Part shown: positions 39,354 to 50,195 of the stretch, one piece after another
Layout of the letters: every line of letters starts with the position of its first letter
Position numbering within the stretch: position 1 is the first letter of the stretch
Assembly (NCBI GenBank): GCA_963724765.1
Contig: CAVRVY010000002.1
Location: 320,001 to 384,000, forward strand
Reading direction: 5' to 3'
Origin: an uncultured delta proteobacterium
GTDB lineage: Bacteria > Desulfobacterota > Binatia > Binatales > Binataceae
Length of the DNA: 64,000 bases
Program-made: the position numbers and the translations under genes
Notes under the pieces: generated by a model
Told to the model about the DNA's origin: nothing
Database searches by the model: none
The model's input: the letters and a program-made list of their open reading frames with translations, nothing else

Positions 39354-39365
39354 TGAGAGCTGCTC
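39354..39365 (+). repeat. Putative att core, right copy TGAGAGCTGCTC
   Basis: Identical to 25401-25412; arm-like CGGATACCCCAG 55 bp inside. Confidence 0.7.
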
Positions 39366-39417
39366 CTATTAGGTGGGGCAGTGTAGACGCAAACCCACGG
39401 GCGGGCCAGATGCGCCT

Positions 39418-40344
39418 TCAAGGCTTTGAAATCATTGCAAAATCAAAAGAGTAAGTAGCTCGCTCCAGGCTCAGACTGTAGCGCGCGGCATCGATCAGGT
39501 TCTGCATCAGCGCGAGCACCGTCATTGGGCCGGTGCCCCCGGGATTGAGCGTTACCCATCCTGCGACTTCCTTGACCCGCTCGAAATCGACGTCGCCGAC
39601 GAATTTTCCCTGTCCCACGCGACGAAATCCGACGTCGATCACGCACGCGCCCGGCTTGACCATATCCGCGGTTATCAGGAACGGCCGGCCGATGGCGGCG
39701 CCCGCGCAGGAGACCACGATATCGGACTCGCGGCAGATCGCCGCGAGGTCGCGGGTGTGGCGATGGCACCAGGTGACGGTCGTGTTGTACCTCCGGCCGC
39801 CAAGGATGAGCGCCATCGGCTTGCCCGCGATATCGCTGCGCCCGATCACCGCCACGCGCGCGCCTTCCATCGGCACGCGGTAGTAGTCGAGTAGTATCAG
39901 CACGCCGCGCGGCGTACACGGGATGAAGTGGCCCAACTGCGCGCGATAGAAGTCGCTCACGTTGATCGCGCCCACCGCGTCGACGTCCTTGGCTGGATCG
40001 ATCGCGTCGAACAGCCTGAAACGGTCGACCTTCTCCGGTATCGGCAGTTGCAGCAGGATACCGGCCACCGACGGATCGGCGTTGAGCCGCGCAATTTCTT
40101 CCAGCAGACGCTCCGTGGTCACCTCCTGAGCGGTCATCGTGACCATCCGGTTTTCGAAGCCGAGTTCCTCGGCGAAGCGGCGCTTGTTGCGGACATACTG
40201 GCGTGAGGCCGGATCGTCGCCGATCAGCACGGCGGCCAGCGCGGGGGCGCAGCGGTAGCGCTCCTTAAGCTCACGCGCGTAGTGCTCGAGTTCGGGGCGC
40301 AAGCGGCGGCTGACTTCGCGCCCGTCCATGATTATTGCCGACAT
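39418..40344 (-). CDS. folD: Methylene-THF dehydrogenase/cyclohydrolase
   Basis: DDPASRQYV, GILLQLP, KDVD, PCTPRG, GRSDIAGKP, PGGTGPMT. Confidence 0.95.
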   Translation of the reverse strand: MSAIIMDGREVSRRLRPELEHYARELKERYRCAPALAAVLIGDDPASRQYVRNKRRFAEELGFENRMVTMTAQEVTTERLLEEIARLNADPSVAGILLQLPIPEKVDRFRLFDAIDPAKDVDAVGAINVSDFYRAQLGHFIPCTPRGVLILLDYYRVPMEGARVAVIGRSDIAGKPMALILGGRRYNTTVTWCHRHTRDLAAICRESDIVVSCAGAAIGRPFLITADMVKPGACVIDVGFRRVGQGKFVGDVDFERVKEVAGWVTLNPGGTGPMTVLALMQNLIDAARYSLSLERATYSFDFAMISKP

Positions 40345-40581
40345 TCGGTACTGATCCCTCAAATGATAGTTGCAAGCTAAGAGCCGGTTCGAGTCTCAGT
40401 GTTAGCCCTCGCGCACATAGTACCGGTCTGGCAGGCACAAATCGTCACGTTCGCGCGCGGCGGGAAACTACACGGAAAAATACGATGAACAAGTTACGGC
40501 GGACAAGCTGTGGGTGAACGTGTGTCGCGCCGCCTCGTCGGCTATCCGACCCTATCTTGCCCTTTGATAGAATCGCGTCAC

Positions 40582-41703
<1,122 letters not shown>

Positions 41704-41773
41704 TCTAAACAAGCTAGTTGATAGCGAAACCCAACTGAGTATCGAAATAACCACCGGAGAACATATTCAACCG

Positions 41774-43123
41774 ATGAGATTCTTTGCCCATACCGAGAGC
41801 GACGTTCGCGCGATGCTCGACACGATCGGTGCGCGCAGCCTCGACGATCTGATCGCGCACGTGCCGGACAATCTGCGCGCCAGCGCAACCATAAACCTGG
41901 CGCCGGGGAAGAACGAGGCCGAAATCACCGCCGAACTTGAAGCGCTGGCCGCCCGCAACACGGGCGCCAGCGCCTTTGCAAGCTTTCTCGGCTTCGGCGC
42001 CTACCGCCATCACGTACCGGCCGCCGTGCGCGCCATTACCGCGCGCGCCGAATTCGCCACCAGCTACACGCCCTATCAGCCCGAGGCGAGCCAAGGTACC
42101 ACCGAGGCGATTTTCGAATTCCAGACCATGATTACCCAGCTCACCGGCCTGGAGGTCGCCAACGCCAGCATGTACGAGGGCGCTTCGGCCACGGCCGAGG
42201 CCGTTTTGATGGCGCATCGGCTGACGCCGAAACGCACGCGGGTCGCGCTGTCGCGCGCGCTATGGCCGGACTATCGCAATACGGTGCGCACGTACCTGAG
42301 CGCGCTGGAGCATCTCGAACTGATTGAAGTGCCGTTCGATTCGCAAAGCGGCGCGATCGATATCGCCGCGCTGGAGCGCCTCGCCGACGATCGGCTGCTG
42401 TGCTCGGTAATCGGCTACCCCAACGCGTTCGGTATCGTCGAGCCGCTGGCCGAGGCCGCCGCGCTCACCAAACGCGCGGGCGCGATTGCGATTTCGGCCA
42501 CGGCCGAGCCGCTCGCGCTGGGTCTTTTGAAATCGCCCGGCGAACTTGGCGCGGACATCGCGGTCGGCGAAGGACAAAGCTTCGGCCTCGCGCCGCAATT
42601 CGGCGGCCCAGGAGTCGGATTCATGGCGGCCCGGATGGCGAATCTGCGCCAGATGCCCGGGCGGTTGGTGGGCGAGACGCACGATCGCTTCGGACGGCGC
42701 GCATGGTGCCTGACGCTGGCCACGCGCGAGCAGCATATCCGGCGCGAGCGCGCGACCTCGAACATCTGCACCAACCATTCGCTGTGCGCGCTCGCGGCCA
42801 CGGTGTACCTGGCGATGATGGGGCGGCGGGGGTTGCGCGAATTGGCCTCGCGCAATGTCGAGCTGGCCCATCGCGCAGCCGCGGCGCTCGCGGCCGGCGG
42901 GATACGCGCGCGCTTCGGCGCGCCGTTCTTCAACGAGTTCGTGGTGAGCGTGGACGACGCAGCCGCGGCGCTCGCACGCGCCGAGCGCGCCACAATCCTG
43001 GCCGGTGTCGCGCTCGATAGCTATTGGCCCGAGCTTCACGGCGCGGTGCTGGTCAGCGTCACCGAGATGAATACTCAGTCGGAATTTGAGCGGCTCGCCG
43101 GCGCGCTTGCTGGAGACAACTGA
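41774..43123 (+). CDS. gcvPA: Glycine dehydrogenase subunit 1
   Basis: YTPYQPEASQG, NASMY, TREQHIRRERATSNICTN. Confidence 0.96.
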   Translation: MRFFAHTESDVRAMLDTIGARSLDDLIAHVPDNLRASATINLAPGKNEAEITAELEALAARNTGASAFASFLGFGAYRHHVPAAVRAITARAEFATSYTPYQPEASQGTTEAIFEFQTMITQLTGLEVANASMYEGASATAEAVLMAHRLTPKRTRVALSRALWPDYRNTVRTYLSALEHLELIEVPFDSQSGAIDIAALERLADDRLLCSVIGYPNAFGIVEPLAEAAALTKRAGAIAISATAEPLALGLLKSPGELGADIAVGEGQSFGLAPQFGGPGVGFMAARMANLRQMPGRLVGETHDRFGRRAWCLTLATREQHIRRERATSNICTNHSLCALAATVYLAMMGRRGLRELASRNVELAHRAAAALAAGGIRARFGAPFFNEFVVSVDDAAAALARAERATILAGVALDSYWPELHGAVLVSVTEMNTQSEFERLAGALAGDN

Positions 43124-44682
43124 TGGCGGGGGAGAACAAGATGGCGACGGCGGGCAATATCGTGCACGATATCGAAGAGACGCAAGCACCGACGGCTGCG
43201 GCGGGAGCGCCGGATGCATCGGACGTGCGCAGCGTCGCGCTGCTTTTCGAGGAGTCGGCGGCCGGACGATCCGGCGCGGACGTCACACCGCGCGTTTCCG
43301 GAGAACCCGACGCGGCCGCGATTTTGGGCGCGGAGCTTTGCCGCGACGACATCTCTGGTTTTCCGGAACTCAGCGAGCCGCAGGTGATGCGCCATTTTCT
43401 GCGCCTCTCGCAGCTCAACTTCGGTCAGGCGCTCCAGTTCTATCCGCTCGGCTCGTGCACGATGAAGTACAATCCCGTGCTCAACGACGAGATGGCGGCA
43501 CTTACCGGCTTTGCCGGGCTGCATCCGATGACCCCGGCGCATCTGGCCTCGGGCGCGCTCGAATTGATGGCGCGACTGGAGGCGGCGCTCGCCGAGATAA
43601 CCGGGATGGACGCCGTGTCGCTCCATCCGGCGGCCGGCGCGCAGGGCGAGCTCACCGGGCTGCTGATGATGCGCGCGTACCATCGCAAGCGCGGCGTGGC
43701 GCGTCACAAGGTGATAATCCCCGACACCGCGCACGGCACCAATCCGGCGAGCTGCACGCTGGCGGGGTTCGAGGTCGTGGTCGCCAAGTCGAATCGGCGC
43801 GGCTTTCTGGAGGCGGCCGAGATACGCCGGCTCGTAAGCGACGACGTCGCGGCGCTGATGGTGACCAATCCCAACACGCTCGGAATTTTCGAGCCCGAGA
43901 TTGAAGCGATCGCCGACGCGCTGCACGAGCGCGGCGCGCTGCTCTACCTCGACGGCGCCAACATGAACGCGCTGTTGGGCGTCGCCAAGCCCGGTCACAT
44001 GGGCGCCGACGTTGTGCAGCTTAATCTGCACAAGACGTTTTCGACTCCGCACGGCGGCGGCGGCCCCGGCGCGGGACCGGTCGCCGTGAAGAAGCATCTT
44101 GAACCCTTTCTGCCGCTGCCGCGCCTGCGCAAGGACGGCGAGGCCTGGCGCTTCGACTATGACCGTCCCGACTCGATTGGGCGGCTTCGCGGGTTTCACG
44201 GCAATTTCGGGATGCTCGTGCGCGCCTGCGCGTTCATCCTTGCGCTCGGAGGGAACGGGATGACCGAGGCGAGCCGATTCGCGATTCTCGCCGCCAACTA
44301 CGTGCGCAAGCGCCTGGAGCCGCATTTTCCGAGCGCGACCACGGAGCCGTCGATGCACGAGTGCGTGCTTACGCACGACCTGGAAAAGCGCGCCGATGTG
44401 AACACGCTCGACATCGCCAAGCGCCTGCTGGATTTCGGAATCCATCCGCCGACGATCTATTTTCCGCTGGTCGTGCATGGCGCGCTGATGATCGAGCCGA
44501 CTGAGACCGAGAGCCGCGAGACGCTCGACACTTTCGTCGCCGCGATGGAAAAGATTTACGCGGAGGCGCTGAGCAATCCCGAGATGGTGCGTACCGCGCC
44601 GCATACGCTATGGCTCTCGCGCGTCGACGAGGCGCACGCCGCGCGCCGCCCGGTGCTGCGCTGGCAACCGAAGGATAAGTAG
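43123..44682 (+). CDS. gcvPB: Glycine dehydrogenase subunit 2
   Basis: PLGSCTMKYNP, AHGTNPAS, NLHKTFSTPHGGGGPG, IEPTETES. Confidence 0.96.
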   Translation: MAGENKMATAGNIVHDIEETQAPTAAAGAPDASDVRSVALLFEESAAGRSGADVTPRVSGEPDAAAILGAELCRDDISGFPELSEPQVMRHFLRLSQLNFGQALQFYPLGSCTMKYNPVLNDEMAALTGFAGLHPMTPAHLASGALELMARLEAALAEITGMDAVSLHPAAGAQGELTGLLMMRAYHRKRGVARHKVIIPDTAHGTNPASCTLAGFEVVVAKSNRRGFLEAAEIRRLVSDDVAALMVTNPNTLGIFEPEIEAIADALHERGALLYLDGANMNALLGVAKPGHMGADVVQLNLHKTFSTPHGGGGPGAGPVAVKKHLEPFLPLPRLRKDGEAWRFDYDRPDSIGRLRGFHGNFGMLVRACAFILALGGNGMTEASRFAILAANYVRKRLEPHFPSATTEPSMHECVLTHDLEKRADVNTLDIAKRLLDFGIHPPTIYFPLVVHGALMIEPTETESRETLDTFVAAMEKIYAEALSNPEMVRTAPHTLWLSRVDEAHAARRPVLRWQPKDK

Positions 44683-44684
44683 CT

Positions 44685-44740
44685 GCACGCGCCGCTCATC
44701 GCGGCGGCGATTTTGTGTCGCCAAGGCTGAGCGCGCGTGC
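44685..44740 (+). terminator. Imperfect hairpin after gcvPB
   Basis: GCACGCGCCGCTCA...TGAGCGCGCGTGC followed by GTATTCTTT. Confidence 0.4.
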
Positions 44741-44924
44741 GTATTCTTTGGGCGTTTCGGTAGAAAAGCCGACGATGCGTTTCGCGTGTGAATGTTAAGT
44801 TAGGGTCCAGTCCAGCCCTGCGGATTGGCAATATTTGTTCTTCTGATAACCAAAGTCTCCCTGGTCCTTGATGGAGCTGTCTGCCGCTGAGCATAGAGTG
44901 TTCTCCAGTAGGAGACGGCATTTT

Positions 44925-45212
44925 ATGGTTACAAGACAGTTGTTGCCGATCTTCGTCCTGGTAATCGGAGGACTGTCCTTTCTCGGTTGCGGAAGCCGAA
45001 CGCAGGTCCCGGGCAACGCGACGCAGGCATCAAACCAGATCTTGAGCAGGATCGATTCAGTGAGTGATGCGGGCGATGACGCACCGGTGCCTGGATCTTC
45101 TATGGCCGGCGATGCGCCTTCGTCCAGTGCGCAAGGGCGCGCCACGCAGTTTGTGATGCCTAATCCACGGCAACATGTTTTGTCATCCGGATTTCCTGCG
45201 CGCGACTACTGA
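44925..45212 (+). CDS. Small hypothetical lipoprotein
   Basis: AGGAG RBS, lipobox FLG-C. Confidence 0.55.
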   Translation: MVTRQLLPIFVLVIGGLSFLGCGSRTQVPGNATQASNQILSRIDSVSDAGDDAPVPGSSMAGDAPSSSAQGRATQFVMPNPRQHVLSSGFPARDY

Positions 45213-45281
45213 CCTCGCTTCACGGGGGTTTTCGCACTGGCAAAGATTATCGCTGAGCGCGACTGGCGCCAGGCCAAGTGC

Positions 45282-45926
45282 CTAGGTAATTGCCAGGATT
45301 TTGGCGCGTGCGTAATCTTCGGGCGTATTGATATTGAAGCAGCTAAGCGCGTCGGGATCGGCGCGCCGGTATTCGGCCTCGCAGACGATGCGGGCCGAAA
45401 TATGGGACTTGACCGCGTCGGCGATGGCGCTCAGGCGATGTTCTCCGCGCGAGAGCATCGCGTCCAGCGCGCCGGCGCATCGCCGGCGATACACCGCATG
45501 CAGCGGCTGCAATCGTTCGCCGACCCGCGGAATCACGGCGTCGTCGCGTTCGTCAACTAACGAAAGCATCGACGATGCGACTTCCGAACGCAGCATCGGG
45601 AGGTCGCACGAGCATGCGAACGCAAGCTCGTGACGCGCCGCGCGCAATCCTCGCGCCAGCGCGCCGACCGGCCCTTGGTACGCACTGTCGTCATGCACGA
45701 TCGTCGCCCCGCCGAGTGAGGGAAGGTCGATAGCTTCCGATTCGGGCGCCGCGACCACTACGATGTCGTCGAAGGCGCGCGCGAGTTCGGCAACGGTCCT
45801 TTCGATAAGCGTCATGCCGTCCAGGCGGAGCGTTGCCTTGGGCTGGCCCATCCGCGCACTGCGCCCGCCGGCCAGGATGATCGCGCTGGCGGACTTGACG
45901 ATGGTGCTTTCGCGGCGGTCGCCCAC
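45282..45926 (-). CDS. mobA: Molybdenum cofactor guanylyltransferase
   Basis: ILAGGRSARMGQPK, GPVGAL, CDLP, PLHAVY, NINTPED. Confidence 0.92.
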   Translation of the reverse strand: MGDRRESTIVKSASAIILAGGRSARMGQPKATLRLDGMTLIERTVAELARAFDDIVVVAAPESEAIDLPSLGGATIVHDDSAYQGPVGALARGLRAARHELAFACSCDLPMLRSEVASSMLSLVDERDDAVIPRVGERLQPLHAVYRRRCAGALDAMLSRGEHRLSAIADAVKSHISARIVCEAEYRRADPDALSCFNINTPEDYARAKILAIT

Positions 45927-46065
45927 ATCACAAGCTTAGCAGAGAGCCGCCAGGAGCGCTTTCGCGAACTGGCTTGGGACTTGTGCAAAGCTCTTTTGCA
46001 CAGAGACCAGGGTCACCTCAAATCATTTTGCCGCGAGCGGCGCGGCCCGTTATTGTCGTTCGCAC

Positions 46066-48723
46066 GTGGCAATCAAGAGCTCACCGCTGATCGCACAGTA
46101 CCTCAGCGTCAAGCAGAAGGTGCCCGACGCGATCCTGTTTTTTCGCCTCGGCGACTTTTACGAGATGCTGTTCGAGGACGCCGAGGTCGGCGCGCGCGTG
46201 CTCGATATCCAGCTCACCTCGCGCTCCAAGGACGGCGTACCCTTGTGCGGCGTGCCGTACCATTCCGCTGAACCTTATATCGCCAAGCTGCTCAAGGCCG
46301 GATTGAAGGTCGCGATCTGCGAGCAGACGCAGCCCGAGCCTCGCTCGCGTGTAACTACCGTCGCCGCCGGTCAAATCCCGGGGACGGACGCGCCGTTTCA
46401 ACTGACGCCGCAGCGCGGCCTGATGCCGCGTCAGATCGTGCGCGTGATCACGCCGGGCACGGTGGGCGAGGAGACCGTGCTGGCGGCACTCGAAAAAAGT
46501 TTTCTGCTCGCGCTCGGCGCGGGCGGCGCGGGTGAGGGCGGCTTCGCGCTGGCGGCGGTCGACGTCTCGACCGGAGAATTTCTCGCGACTCGAATTGCGG
46601 GGGCAATCGGAGTGCGCGAGGAGATCGCGCGAATCGCGCCGCGCGAAATTATCGCGCCCAAGGGCGATACCACGCTCGCCGCGCTGCTCGAAAGCGTCGA
46701 TTGCCCGGTTACCTGGCTCGACGGACCGGGCTTCGCCGCCGGGCATCCGCACCAGGCGCTGGCCGCACGCTTCGGGGCCGAAGCCGCCGGCGCGCTCGGC
46801 GACGCGCTCGGCATGGCTGCGGGCGCCGCGCTGGTCTATGTGGAAGAAACCTTCGGACGCGAGCTGGCGCATCTGCGCCCGCCGCATCTTTATCGCGCCG
46901 CCGAGTACATGCTGGTCGACGAGGTCAGCCGACGCCATCTGGAGCTGGTGATTTCCTCCGACGGTACGCGCCGGGGTTCGCTGCTTTCGGTACTCGACGA
47001 GACGCTCACGCCGGTCGGCGCGCGCGCGTTGCAGAACTGGATCGTCTACCCGCTGCTCGACCTCGACGCCATCTGCGCGCGTCACGACGCGGTCGAAGAG
47101 CTGTTCGAGACCGATCTCGGCGGCGAAGTCGCCGACGCGCTGCGGCGGATTGGCGATCTCGAGCGGCTGGCCGGCCGAATCGGAAGCCTGCGCGCGTCGC
47201 CGCGCGATTGCCTCAAGCTGGAGCAGGCCCTTCGAGCGGTCGCCGCGCTGCGTGGCGCGCTCCAGCGATGCCAGAGCGCGCTCATCCGCGAGATTGCCGC
47301 GCGAATGGTGCCGATGCCCGAACTGGCCGCGCGTATCGACGCGACGATCGGGGAGGAGCCGCCGGTCAATCCACGCGACGGCAACGTGATTCGAAGCGGC
47401 CTCAACCCCGAGGTCGACGAGTTGCGCGCGCTCGCTTCCGACGCGCGCGGCGTGATCGCGCGGTTGGAGGCGGCCGAGCGCGCGCGGAGCAACATCCCCT
47501 CGCTCAAGGTTCGCTACAATCAGGTCTTCGGTTACTACATCGAGGTTACCAAACCCAACCTCGACCGGGTGCCCGCGGAATACGAGCGCAAACAGACGCT
47601 GGTCGGCGCGGAACGCTTCACCACTGCCACGCTAAAGGAGCTCGAACGCAAGATCCTCGGCGCCGAGTCGGGGCTGAAGGAGCTCGAACTCAGACTTTTC
47701 GCCGCGCTGGTGCGCGACCTCGCGATGCATGCCGGGCCGATCCTTGCGACGGCGGCCGCGGTCGGCGAGTTTGACGCGCTGCTGGCCCTGGCGACGGTCG
47801 CGCGCCGGCGCGGGTACGTGCGGCCACGGATGAACTCGGGGCTTGCGCTCTCGATTCGCGACGGACGCCATCCGGTGCTCGAGGCCGCGATGCGCGCGGG
47901 CGAATTCGTGCCCAACGATCTCCAGACCGATCCCGACGACCGCCAACTCCTGCTCATCACCGGGCCCAATATGGCCGGCAAGTCGACCTACCTGCGCCAG
48001 GTCGCGCTGATTGTGATCATGGCGCAGATGGGGAGCTTCGTGCCGGCGACCGAGGCGGCGCTGGGGCTGGTCGACCGCGTGCTGACCCGGATCGGCGCGC
48101 GCGACGATCTGCGCCGCGGCGAGTCCACCTTTATGGTTGAAATGCGCGAGACCTCGCGCTTGCTGATGGGCCTCGACCAGCGGAGCCTGCTGTTGCTCGA
48201 CGAGGTCGGCCGTGGCACCAGCACCTTCGACGGGCTAGCGATCGCCTGGGCGCTGGCCGAGCATTTGCACGACAGCACGCGCGCCAAGGTGCTCTTCGCC
48301 ACTCATTTCCATGAACTTACCGATCTTGCGCGCGAGCGCCGGCGCGTGAAGAATCTCAGCATGGCGGTGCGCGAGTGGGACGGTGAGGTGATCTTCCTGA
48401 GACGCGTGGTCGAGCAGCCGGCCAGCCGTAGCTACGGAATCGAAGTTGCGCGGCTTGCCGGGCTGCCCGAAACCGTGGTCGCGCGCGCGCGCCAAATCCT
48501 GGCCAACCTCGAGATGGGCGAGTTGGACGAAGCGGGACAGGCCCGCCTGGCGCATCGTCCCGGTACGCAGGGCGCCACAGGCCAGCTTGGACTCTTCACG
48601 CCGGCTGAGCGGCGGGTGATCGATGAATTGAGGACGCTCGAAATCGAACGGCTGACACCGATCGAGGCGCTCAACGCGCTGGCTCGCGCACTCGATCGGC
48701 TCAGGCATGGTGGCGATTTGTAG
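46066..48723 (+). CDS. mutS: DNA mismatch repair protein MutS
   Basis: GDFYE, TGPNMAGKSTYLRQ, STFMVEM, DEVGRGTST, SYGIEVA; QLGLF clamp-binding motif. Confidence 0.98.
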   Translation: MAIKSSPLIAQYLSVKQKVPDAILFFRLGDFYEMLFEDAEVGARVLDIQLTSRSKDGVPLCGVPYHSAEPYIAKLLKAGLKVAICEQTQPEPRSRVTTVAAGQIPGTDAPFQLTPQRGLMPRQIVRVITPGTVGEETVLAALEKSFLLALGAGGAGEGGFALAAVDVSTGEFLATRIAGAIGVREEIARIAPREIIAPKGDTTLAALLESVDCPVTWLDGPGFAAGHPHQALAARFGAEAAGALGDALGMAAGAALVYVEETFGRELAHLRPPHLYRAAEYMLVDEVSRRHLELVISSDGTRRGSLLSVLDETLTPVGARALQNWIVYPLLDLDAICARHDAVEELFETDLGGEVADALRRIGDLERLAGRIGSLRASPRDCLKLEQALRAVAALRGALQRCQSALIREIAARMVPMPELAARIDATIGEEPPVNPRDGNVIRSGLNPEVDELRALASDARGVIARLEAAERARSNIPSLKVRYNQVFGYYIEVTKPNLDRVPAEYERKQTLVGAERFTTATLKELERKILGAESGLKELELRLFAALVRDLAMHAGPILATAAAVGEFDALLALATVARRRGYVRPRMNSGLALSIRDGRHPVLEAAMRAGEFVPNDLQTDPDDRQLLLITGPNMAGKSTYLRQVALIVIMAQMGSFVPATEAALGLVDRVLTRIGARDDLRRGESTFMVEMRETSRLLMGLDQRSLLLLDEVGRGTSTFDGLAIAWALAEHLHDSTRAKVLFATHFHELTDLARERRRVKNLSMAVREWDGEVIFLRRVVEQPASRSYGIEVARLAGLPETVVARARQILANLEMGELDEAGQARLAHRPGTQGATGQLGLFTPAERRVIDELRTLEIERLTPIEALNALARALDRLRHGGDL

Positions 48724-48791
48724 TAGTAGCAGTGCTAGTTAAACGTGTCGGCACTCGCCGGGCGTGACAACGGCAGCAGCGGGGTGGCGGA

Positions 48792-50195
48792 TTGCGGAGG
48801 GTTTCGCGTTGGACGCGGATGGTAACGGCGCTTAGCGCGTCCGCGTTCGCGCTGGCCGCGTTCGCGCTGGCCGCGCCGAGCGCCGGCGCCGCTGTCCTCG
48901 AAAGCGCCGCGGTCGTTCAGCGCGGCGCGATCGTCGAACTGCATTTCGGACTGCACGGCAACGGGCTTAGCTGGGCGCTGAGCGCGCATGGCGACGAGCT
49001 CTGGATCGATCTCGCGCATACCCGTATCGATCTCCCGCCGCGTGCGCTCTATGGCCGCGAGAGCGCGCCGGTTATAGCCGTGCGCGCGATCGACGTGGGC
49101 GGGACGCGATCGCGCCTGGTGATCCAGGTCGCGGGGAAGACTGACTACGCGGTCGGCAAGCTGCCGCACGAGTTGCTGATTCGGCTGGCGCCGGCGGGCC
49201 AGGCTCCTAACCTGGCCGCGCCCGTGCTGGTGCGTATCGAGCGGCACGGCGAGCGGGCGGCCGCAGGCCGCCCGCTCGCCGCGGCGCCGCCCGCCGCCGT
49301 CGCCGTCGCGCCGCCGATGGCGGCGCGACGGCTCCAGGCGCCCGTGCCGCCGCCAGCATCCGCCGCGATCGCGGCGGATGCTGGCGGCGCGATGCGGGTG
49401 GCGGCGCTGCATCCGCCCGCCCCGTCGGGGCGGGCGGATGCAGCGCCGGTCGCCGGCGCTGCGGCAACCGCAGCGCCGGCCGCGGCAGCTCCGGCGCGCC
49501 AGCCCGTGGTCGTTATCGATCCCGGCCATGGCGGCTACGACTCCGGCACTGAGGCCGGGGCGCCGCTGCTGGAGAAGGACCTCGCGTTGCAAATCGCACT
49601 CCGGCTCCAGGGCGAGCTCGAGCGTCGCGGAGTCCACGCAATACTCACTCGCACGGGTGACTATTTCGTCACGCTCGCTGACCGCACTGCGTTTGCCAAC
49701 AAGGCCGGCGCCGACTTGTTCATCTCGGTCCATCTCAACTCGAGTCCCGCCGCCGCGACGACTGGAATCGAGACGTATTACCTGAACAACACCACGGATC
49801 GGGCGACGATCCGGTTGGCCGCGATGGAGAACGCAAGCGCAGGCGCCTATGGCACCGCGGCGGGGGGCGACCTAAACTACATCCTGAGTGATATGCGCCA
49901 GCAATATAAGGCTAACGAGTCGGTGGCACTCGCCTCGATGATCGAGGCGCAGACTGCGGCCGACCTCAACGCGTCGCTAGGCGTGCAGGCGAGCGCCCTG
50001 GGAGCGATGCGTGGGCCGTTCTACGTGCTGGTTGGCGCGCAGATGCCGGCGGTGCTGGTCGAGTGCGGCTTTCTCTCCAATCGGGACGAGGCCGCACGCC
50101 TGGCTTCCGCGCAATACCAGCAGGTGCTGGCGCAGGGTATCGCGGAGGCGGTAGTCCACTATTTCAATGCCGACGCCGCAGTGGGCAATCTGTGA
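48792..50195 (+). CDS. N-acetylmuramoyl-L-alanine amidase (Amidase_3, AmiC-like)
   Basis: IDPGHGG, EKD, FISVHLN, VLVECGFLSN; signal peptide and Ala/Pro linker. Confidence 0.92.
   Translation: MRRVSRWTRMVTALSASAFALAAFALAAPSAGAAVLESAAVVQRGAIVELHFGLHGNGLSWALSAHGDELWIDLAHTRIDLPPRALYGRESAPVIAVRAIDVGGTRSRLVIQVAGKTDYAVGKLPHELLIRLAPAGQAPNLAAPVLVRIERHGERAAAGRPLAAAPPAAVAVAPPMAARRLQAPVPPPASAAIAADAGGAMRVAALHPPAPSGRADAAPVAGAAATAAPAAAAPARQPVVVIDPGHGGYDSGTEAGAPLLEKDLALQIALRLQGELERRGVHAILTRTGDYFVTLADRTAFANKAGADLFISVHLNSSPAAATTGIETYYLNNTTDRATIRLAAMENASAGAYGTAAGGDLNYILSDMRQQYKANESVALASMIEAQTAADLNASLGVQASALGAMRGPFYVLVGAQMPAVLVECGFLSNRDEAARLASAQYQQVLAQGIAEAVVHYFNADAAVGNL

Larger units (their letters stand above)
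25401..39365 (-). mobile_element. Decayed integrative phage-satellite-like island (PICI/P4-like), ~14 kb
   Basis: 12-bp direct repeats at the ends, integrase-alpA-primase/helicase order, lower GC, many pseudogenes, no recognisable capsid or tail genes. Confidence 0.78.

Noticed and set aside
40345-40581. Glycine riboswitch or tRNA upstream of gcvT
   Set aside because: No GGAGA/CCGAAG/CTCTCAGG aptamer motifs; the GGTTCGAG near 40385 has no cloverleaf or acceptor stem
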